Below are positions 1 to 6,375 of a stretch of 15,768 nucleotides of DNA, piece after piece. Every line of letters begins with the position of its first letter. Positions within the stretch are counted from its first letter, which is position 1. Source of the DNA: Planctomycetales bacterium (lineage in GTDB: Bacteria; 4484-113); contig JBBIJQ010000020.1 in NCBI GenBank assembly GCA_037445915.1, forward strand, positions 1 through 15,768, in the 5' to 3' direction. The notes beneath the pieces are model-generated. The model was given only the letters and a program-made list of their open reading frames with translations, was not told where the DNA came from and made no database searches. The position numbers and the translations under genes are program-made.

Positions 1-1
1 C

Positions 2-289
2 GACTTTATGCTCCTTGAAGACGCATACGCGAACCTGAACGACGACCACCGCCGCGAACGAATAGACACATTCGCTTACAACCCGATTGATGTGGGCAAG
101 CTTCGCCAAGCAGTCCTCGGCGACCAGAAGCTCGGCGGAATATTTGAACAGCTCAACCTGCACGCCCCTATCCCCGAGCCCGACTACTCGCAGCTCCAGC
201 CTGACGAAACAGACCCGAAAACGATACTCGCTAAGCTTACAGAATCAATTACGATGCACTTTAAATTAGGCGACCTATCAGTAGTATGA
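2..289 (+). CDS. J-domain (DnaJ-like) co-chaperone, C-terminal part, truncated by the left window edge
   Basis: The frame is open from position 2 (D-F-M-L-L-E-D-A-Y). 'FMLLEDAYANLNDDHRRERID' matches J-domain helix III-IV (F..I.EAY..L.D...R..YD). The HPD motif would lie outside the window. The stop overlaps the grpE start (ATGA, 286-289). Confidence 0.7.
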   Translation, partial: DFMLLEDAYANLNDDHRRERIDTFAYNPIDVGKLRQAVLGDQKLGGIFEQLNLHAPIPEPDYSQLQPDETDPKTILAKLTESITMHFKLGDLSVV

Positions 290-972
290 GACGCCTAACT
301 AAAGAAGCCGTGCTGAGGAAAGCAGCCTCGCGCATTGACTTCAATACTGAGCATTACTACAATATTCCCTTTGGGAACCAAGATGAGGGTTCAGAACCTA
401 CGCGGACTGGGATTGACGCGAGCTACAGCTTGCACGAATACCAGACCGAGCTGAACCGCATCCGGATTGAGATGTTCCGTTTGCAGAGGAATGTGAAAAA
501 CCTGCAAATGCCGGCGCTGGAGGTCGTAGGCCTTGACCGCGTCGCAGTGGACATTGACAGCCTGAAGGCTGAACTCAGGCGGCTTTTGGTGCAGGTTTCT
601 GACCTCACAAGCCTGGAGCCGGTCAAGTCGGCGGTTAGCGGGCTGCTGGAAGTTGCAGATTCGTGCGAACGAGTGCTCACCATGGCGCAGAAAGCAGAAG
701 GCATCCCGGATAGCGTCCTTCGGGGCGTGGAGTCCATCTACCGCTTGCTGCTGGCAAAGCTGAAGAGGTTTGGCGTTGAGCAGATGGAGGTTACCAGCGC
801 CTACGACCCCAACTTCCATCTTGCCCTGGCTACGGTGGAAGCGCCAGGCAAGCCTGAGGGTTTTATTGTTGAAGTGCAGCTCAACGGCTATTTGCTCGGA
901 GAGCAAGTGCTCCGTCCAGCTCAGGTCATTATCGTGCGCAACCGCCCGGCCGGCACTATGGCTGTGGTGTAG
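286..972 (+). CDS. grpE: GrpE-family nucleotide exchange factor, divergent
   Basis: C-terminal GrpE signature 'YDPNFHLALATV...IVEVQLNGYLLGEQVLRPAQV', preceded by 'GVESIYRLLLAKLKRFGVE'. Lies directly upstream of an Hsp70 gene. Confidence 0.88.
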   Translation: MRRLTKEAVLRKAASRIDFNTEHYYNIPFGNQDEGSEPTRTGIDASYSLHEYQTELNRIRIEMFRLQRNVKNLQMPALEVVGLDRVAVDIDSLKAELRRLLVQVSDLTSLEPVKSAVSGLLEVADSCERVLTMAQKAEGIPDSVLRGVESIYRLLLAKLKRFGVEQMEVTSAYDPNFHLALATVEAPGKPEGFIVEVQLNGYLLGEQVLRPAQVIIVRNRPAGTMAVV

Positions 973-1009
973 CTTTGTGGAATTTCGCCGCATTTATTAG
1001 GAGAAATTG

Positions 1010-2758
1010 ATGTCGCAGATTGTGGGAATCGACTTAGGGACGACTAACTCCGAGGTCGCCGCCATTATTGACGGCAAGCCCACGCTCATCCCAAATGAGC
1101 GTGGAAAGTTCATCACACCGTCTATTGTCGGCTTTACGGATATAGGAGAGCTGCTCGTAGGCGAGCCGGCGAAGAACCAAGCGGTTGCGAATCCCGAGCG
1201 CACTGTAACGAGCATAAAGCGCTTGATGGGAACCGACCGACGCATTGTGATTGGAGACAAGGAATACACCCCGCAGGAAATCTCGGCTGTAATCCTGAAG
1301 AAGCTTAAGCTTGACGCTGAAACCTACCTGGGGACAATCGTAAGCGAGGCTATCATCACCGTGCCTGCCTACTTTACCGATGCCCAACGCCAGGCTACAA
1401 AAGACGCCGGCGAAATCGCCGGGTTTAAGGTTGAGCGAATCATCAACGAGCCTACAGCTGCTGCGCTCGCATACGGCTTTGATAAGGGCGGCGAGGCAAG
1501 AACAATCCTAGTTTACGACCTTGGCGGCGGCACCTTTGACGTTTCCATCATCCGCCTGATTGAGGGCACTTTCAAGGTACTCTCCACTACCGGCAACAAC
1601 AACCTTGGCGGCGACGACTTTGACTACCGCCTCGTAGAGTTCTTTATTCAGCGCTTCCGCGACAAGGAAAAGGTTGACCTCAAGAACATACCTGACGTGT
1701 CCCAACAGCGCGCGATACTCCAGCGCCTCAAAGAGGCGGCGGAGAACGCGAAGATTGACCTCTCCTCGCTCCTTGAGACCGAAGTCAACCTTCCCTTCAT
1801 CCATACTGAAGGCGAAGAGCCATTGCACCTGCATGAAACTATTACGCGCGCCAAGTTTGAGGAGTTAGTGAAAGACCTGGTTGACCAAACCGAGCAGCCC
1901 ATCCGCCTCGCTCTTTCCGACGCCAATGTGACGCCGGAACAGCTTGACGCCATCATTCTTGTCGGCGGCATGACACGCATACCGCTCGTGCAGCGCTTAG
2001 TGCGCGAAGTACTCAACCGCGAGCCACTAAAAGACATCAACCCCGAGGAGTGCGTCGCAGTGGGAGCGGCTATCCAGGCCGGCATCAAGCGCGGCTCGCT
2101 GGAAGAGTTTGTTGTCATAGACGTCGCGCCTTTCACGCTGGGCATTGAGACGGAAGGCGATAAATTTTCCCGAATCGTCCCGCGCAACACAGCCATCCCC
2201 ACCTCCCGCAAGAATATGTACCGAACGACCGTGGACAACCAGACCGAAGCGCTTATCCACGTGCTCCAGGGCGAAAACCCAAAAGCCTCTGCGAATGAGT
2301 CCCTCGGCGAGTTCATTCTTGGCGGGATATCGTCTGCGTCGCGCGGTGAGTCGCTGGTTGAAGTTTCCTTTGATTACGATGTTAACGGCATCGTGAAGAT
2401 CACAGCGAAAGACCGTAAGACTGGCCAGGGAAAATCAATCACTATTAAGGCGTCCAAGAAACGCCTCAGCACTGACGAGGTCGCGCATGCGCAGCGCGAT
2501 GTCAGCCGGCATACCGGTTCCATGCTCGCACAGCGCGAGCGTTCAAAGGTCCTCTTTGAGGCTGAAACAACGCTTAAGGACCTTATGCAGCTCATCCGCG
2601 CCGCTGAAAAGGGCGAGAAAAAGCTGGACCAGATTGAAATCGCCCGGCTCAACGAGACGGCTGGCAAGCTCAAGGATGCGCTTAAGGCCGAAGATCTTGC
2701 TAAGCTTGATGAGATCATTGAGAAGGCGACCGGCCTAATCGCTGATTATTCATACTAG
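1010..2758 (+). CDS. dnaK: Hsp70/DnaK-family chaperone, probably a secondary paralog (582 aa)
   Basis: Motifs [47 protein letters not shown] and DNQ..HVLQGE. Shine-Dalgarno AGGAG at 999-1003 lies 6 nt before ATG 1010, favouring it over TTG 1007. Confidence 0.96.
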   Translation: MSQIVGIDLGTTNSEVAAIIDGKPTLIPNERGKFITPSIVGFTDIGELLVGEPAKNQAVANPERTVTSIKRLMGTDRRIVIGDKEYTPQEISAVILKKLKLDAETYLGTIVSEAIITVPAYFTDAQRQATKDAGEIAGFKVERIINEPTAAALAYGFDKGGEARTILVYDLGGGTFDVSIIRLIEGTFKVLSTTGNNNLGGDDFDYRLVEFFIQRFRDKEKVDLKNIPDVSQQRAILQRLKEAAENAKIDLSSLLETEVNLPFIHTEGEEPLHLHETITRAKFEELVKDLVDQTEQPIRLALSDANVTPEQLDAIILVGGMTRIPLVQRLVREVLNREPLKDINPEECVAVGAAIQAGIKRGSLEEFVVIDVAPFTLGIETEGDKFSRIVPRNTAIPTSRKNMYRTTVDNQTEALIHVLQGENPKASANESLGEFILGGISSASRGESLVEVSFDYDVNGIVKITAKDRKTGQGKSITIKASKKRLSTDEVAHAQRDVSRHTGSMLAQRERSKVLFEAETTLKDLMQLIRAAEKGEKKLDQIEIARLNETAGKLKDALKAEDLAKLDEIIEKATGLIADYSY

Positions 2759-2777
2759 CTGCGGAGCGTTAGAGGTT

Positions 2778-3398
2778 TTGCGCCAGGCACAACTAACAGA
2801 ATGCCCTGTGTGCCACAGCGCCCTTGTTGGCGCAGAAAAAACTTGCGCGTCCTGTACTGCCGACTTACAGCCATACCGAGACTTGCTTGCGCAAGCCAAC
2901 GCCCTGATGCTGGAGGCTTACAACGCCGTGTTGCGCGGCGAATCAGGAAATGCACGAGAGTTAGGCAAGAGAGCTTTAGAAGTCAGCCCGCTTCTTTCAA
3001 CGCAGTATCCGCTCCTGTTAGCCAGAGCTGCGCTCGTGGAAAGGCGTCACGGAGAGGCTTTGCAGCACGCTCTTGCGCTTCCTGAGGGCTGTGAATACCG
3101 CAGCGAGATACTTGAGGAGGCTTTCTTGCTTCAAGAGGCGGAAGTCCGGGGCAAGGAGCACTACAACCTAGCGCTCACTTCAGCACGCAAGGGGCAGTGG
3201 GCTGACGCGTCTTACCACGCAAGCCGTGCAATGGAGCTTGCGCCATATGAGGAAGCTGTGTGGAGGCTTGCGGTCAAGGTAGCGCTTAGGGGCGGACGGT
3301 TTGCGGAAGCTGAGAGCCTGCTAGCTGAAGCTGCTTTACGCTTTCCAGGTGAACAATACATTTCCAAGCTGGCAGCTGAATTAAGCTCAGCGCGCTAG
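2778..3398 (+). CDS. Zinc-ribbon (CxxC-x10-CxxC) plus tetratricopeptide-repeat protein
   Basis: N-terminal CPVC...CASC, then Ala/Leu-rich helical repeats with TPR-like endings (RALEVSP, RAMELAP, AALRFP). Starts 19 nt after the dnaK stop on the same strand. The TTG start is uncertain. Confidence 0.8.
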   Translation: MRQAQLTECPVCHSALVGAEKTCASCTADLQPYRDLLAQANALMLEAYNAVLRGESGNARELGKRALEVSPLLSTQYPLLLARAALVERRHGEALQHALALPEGCEYRSEILEEAFLLQEAEVRGKEHYNLALTSARKGQWADASYHASRAMELAPYEEAVWRLAVKVALRGGRFAEAESLLAEAALRFPGEQYISKLAAELSSAR

Positions 3399-3493
3399 CT
3401 GGCGCTAGCGCCCTACCGTGAATTACCCTTTCCCCTACAATACAACTCAAAGACTATGTTTTCGCTCGGTAAGCGCCCGCAAGCACTGAAAGC

Positions 3494-3521
3494 AAAGGGC
3501 GCACCCAAAGGCGCGCCCTTT
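3494..3521 (-). terminator. Intrinsic terminator for the lipoprotein pair, possibly bidirectional
   Basis: The minus strand reads AAAGGGCGCGCC-TTTG-GGTGCGCCCTTT-GCTTTC, a 12-bp stem with one G-U pair followed by a U-rich tail. It lies 23 nt after the stop at 3545, between convergent genes. Confidence 0.8.
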
Positions 3522-3544
3522 CGTGAGTTCAAGTTAGAACTGGA

Positions 3545-6328
3545 TTACGGCAGATTGGCCACATTTTCCAGGTACATCTGGATCGCACTGTCGCTCAGCC
3601 CATTGCTGTTCTCGCCGCCGATTACCCAGACAGTATCAGCGACCTTGACCGTGCCATCCGAGTTCATATAAGTCGGGAACGCGACGGAACCTGCCCCAAC
3701 GCGGCCCATTGTATCGTCAGGCCCGATGGTTCGCGACCAGATATAAGTTTCCGGATTGAAAACCTCGGCTTCCGCGACGTATTGCGGCGCTCCCTGGTCA
3801 CTGGGGTAGTTGAGGCCGCCATACACGTAGATCTTGCCATTGATAATCTGCGCGGTGCTGCCAGAACGGGAAAACTTCATGTCAGGGAGGATTTCCCACC
3901 CTCCAGTAAGGAGGTTCACCCGCTCAAGGGCACGAGTGCTCTGGCCCTGGTTGTTGCGCCCGCCGATCACATATAGGTAGATCGCGCTGGTTGTCGGGGC
4001 ATGAAGCACCATAGAGAAGCTGTAGCGCGACGTTGGCATTGAAGCAATCAGGGTGCTGTTCCAAAGTTCATCCGACGGACGGTAAATCCAGCCGGTAGAG
4101 CTTACATACTCGCCTGGTGGATCGCCCTGCAAGCCGCCCATGAAGATGATTGTCGGGTTACCGCCTAAGCTAATGCCATTAACAGAAGCCATCTGGCGCA
4201 GTTGGGTGTTGTTGTGGCCAATTGAACCAACAGTTGACCACGGCGTTTGCGGCTCGTCTGCCGCGTTGCCATCAAAGACGGGCAACATTTCCACGACGGA
4301 GAGCGTCTGCTCAACGCTGTTAAAGCCTCCCACGGCATAGATTTGGGTCGGAGAGTTCTCCGTGGCGATACCCGAGAGAGGCTCGGCGGCTAGCTGGCCG
4401 CGCGCGGTTGAAAGCGGCAAGCGGTCGCTCACAGAAACTAACGGCGACCAACTATTGGAGCCTACATCCCATCTTTGCTTGATTAGCTGGACGCTGCGCA
4501 TAGCCATGTTACCGCTAGTTCCGCCAATGCAGAATATCCTGCGTTGGGAAAAGCGGTCATCAACCGTTTCTTGAGTGCCACGGTCGTCAACGATAGATAC
4601 ACCGGCTATGCCGAACTCCCGGCGAGGCTTAAAGGCGGCACCGGTAGCGTCAAACAAAATATCGCTGCGCTGCACGAACGAGAGGGGAACCTGGTCAACC
4701 CTGCTCGCCATTTCAATTCCTGCGGCGTCCAAGGCGATGACTTTGCTGGCGCATGCCTTGTAGCCAGGGAGCATGGCTGCAGGGTAGTTGATCGTGATTT
4801 CGGCTATCTGGTTTTCGCCAGAAGAAGAGAAAACGACTGCAGTATCCGTAGTAAGCGGGTCTCCATCTAATTCAACGGGTTCAAATGTGCCGTCAAACTG
4901 GGGATCCCAATCAAGGAAACCATCTGTCACCGGGGGCGCTCCCATCGGAACGTCATAAGCATAAACGCCGTTACCCAAGATATCCAGCGTGAACCGGTAT
5001 AGCCTCGTAGAGCCGCTAGCGGTTATGCGGAACTTGACTTCAGCGTTGCTAAGGGGTTGTGTCTTGCGCGCCTGTTCCTTGTAAGTCCCGTCTTCTTGCG
5101 TGTCAAAGTTGCCGTCCTTATCAAGGTCAACCAGCGTCTGCGTGATGAGTGGGTTGACAACAGGCTCGTAGGCGCGGTCAACAACCTTAACCGCCCATTC
5201 CTTACGAATCGCCTGGCCAATGCCATCTATAAAGTGCAGCGCCAACGTGAAGGTGCGGGACGGGCGGCCGAAAGTGTTGTAGGGGTTGATGAGTATCTTC
5301 AGGTCGGCATCGTAATAAGGAACCGACACTGAGGTCGTGTTCGCATCGTAGATACCGTCGTTTGTGAAATCCCAAAAGTAAGCGTACGGCAGAACACCTG
5401 GATGGTTGGGGTCAACCATAACGCTGGCGTTCATGCGCGGCTCTCGCTCAGCCGGGTTGTCGCTTGATGAGTCAAAGGAGATAAGGATAGAGTTGTCCGT
5501 CAAAATAGGCGGGAAGCTGTTTACTAACAGCTCTGGAGCGCCGGCTGGCTCTTCTGGCGCAACTTTGACCACGGTAACGGGGAATTCCTTTGTGATGGAG
5601 TAATCATTGGAATCCATTACCGTCAGCTTGATGATGTAAGTTTGGCTCTCTACGCCAGACAGCGTAAACGTGTACTGCGGATTTTGCAAAGTGGAATCGA
5701 TCCGGCCATCGCCGTCAAAATCCCACTGGAACCGGTAAGGGGGCGCTCCCGGGTTAGAAACAGAAGGGAACACCCTGCAGTATATCGGCTTGCCGGAAAG
5801 ATAGAGATAGATGGGATTACCCTCGCCGTCATAGCCTGCGACTTGGTCGCTGATTATGCGCGTTAGTGTTGTATCAAGCGAGAACTGAGGGTCGCTGGTA
5901 ACAAGAATGGAGATAGGCTGGCTCGTGCGAGCTACTCCATTCCCGTCCACAACTTTGACCACAGCCTGGTAAGTGGACGTTCCCTGTGTCCTGTCGGAAT
6001 TACGCAGGTAGTAAAGGTGATAGGCCTGCTCAGTGCGGCTTCCGGCTTGGTTGATATACAAGTCAAAAGCCCCATCGTTGTCAAAGTCCCACATGTAAGC
6101 GTAGGGTAGCCTGCCACCTGTAACTGTTGCAATGAAGTTCACACCAAGTGGCGAACCTCCAGTTGTCGGAGTTGCATTGTAGGTGACAATGGCGAAGTCG
6201 CTACTGGTATTGTCAGTTGGAGTAGGGGTTGGGGTTGGGGTTATCGTCCCGCCGCCTCCACCGCCGCCGCATGAAGCGGCGGCGGCGAGAACTATCAGTA
6301 GCATCGCAATCAATTTCAACAGTTTCAT
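3545..6328 (-). CDS. Large lipoprotein with about 4 PKD/Ig-like domains and a C-terminal Kelch beta-propeller
   Basis: Signal peptide with lipobox (MKLLKLIAMLLIVLAAAAS-C), a poly-Gly and PT linker, PKD motifs WDFDNDG/WDFDGDG/WDFTNDG, and six Kelch GG motifs (IFCIGG, IYAVGG, IIFMGG, LYVIGG, IYVYGG, VWVIGG). GGAGG at 6343-6339 favours ATG 6328 over 6346. Confidence 0.87.
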   Translation of the reverse strand: MKLLKLIAMLLIVLAAAASCGGGGGGGTITPTPTPTPTDNTSSDFAIVTYNATPTTGGSPLGVNFIATVTGGRLPYAYMWDFDNDGAFDLYINQAGSRTEQAYHLYYLRNSDRTQGTSTYQAVVKVVDGNGVARTSQPISILVTSDPQFSLDTTLTRIISDQVAGYDGEGNPIYLYLSGKPIYCRVFPSVSNPGAPPYRFQWDFDGDGRIDSTLQNPQYTFTLSGVESQTYIIKLTVMDSNDYSITKEFPVTVVKVAPEEPAGAPELLVNSFPPILTDNSILISFDSSSDNPAEREPRMNASVMVDPNHPGVLPYAYFWDFTNDGIYDANTTSVSVPYYDADLKILINPYNTFGRPSRTFTLALHFIDGIGQAIRKEWAVKVVDRAYEPVVNPLITQTLVDLDKDGNFDTQEDGTYKEQARKTQPLSNAEVKFRITASGSTRLYRFTLDILGNGVYAYDVPMGAPPVTDGFLDWDPQFDGTFEPVELDGDPLTTDTAVVFSSSGENQIAEITINYPAAMLPGYKACASKVIALDAAGIEMASRVDQVPLSFVQRSDILFDATGAAFKPRREFGIAGVSIVDDRGTQETVDDRFSQRRIFCIGGTSGNMAMRSVQLIKQRWDVGSNSWSPLVSVSDRLPLSTARGQLAAEPLSGIATENSPTQIYAVGGFNSVEQTLSVVEMLPVFDGNAADEPQTPWSTVGSIGHNNTQLRQMASVNGISLGGNPTIIFMGGLQGDPPGEYVSSTGWIYRPSDELWNSTLIASMPTSRYSFSMVLHAPTTSAIYLYVIGGRNNQGQSTRALERVNLLTGGWEILPDMKFSRSGSTAQIINGKIYVYGGLNYPSDQGAPQYVAEAEVFNPETYIWSRTIGPDDTMGRVGAGSVAFPTYMNSDGTVKVADTVWVIGGENSNGLSDSAIQMYLENVANLP

Positions 6329-6375
6329 CAGGTCACGTCCTCCCATTCATCGGGGTCACGAACCAATGGCCGCAG

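Noticed and set aside
391-993. 200-aa minus-strand ORF over grpE
   Set aside because: It almost entirely overlaps a well-supported gene on the other strand and has no recognisable motifs.
997-2718. Several long antisense ORFs over dnaK (e.g. 1648-2316, 2374-2718)
   Set aside because: Shadow ORFs. Open antisense frames are a well-known artefact on hsp70 genes, and these show no protein motifs.
3456-3671. 71-aa + strand ORF with a nearby TACAAT (3436-3441)
   Set aside because: It runs through the terminator hairpin and into the lipoprotein gene antisense. No convincing -35 or Shine-Dalgarno.
6219-6285. GGGGTT and CCG-type short tandem repeats
   Set aside because: They simply encode the PT linker, poly-Gly and poly-Ala. 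Codons vary, so this is not a clear phase-variation tract.
6331-6360. GGTCACG direct repeat between the two lipoprotein genes
   Set aside because: Only 7 bp in two copies, with no associated promoter, so it is compatible with chance.
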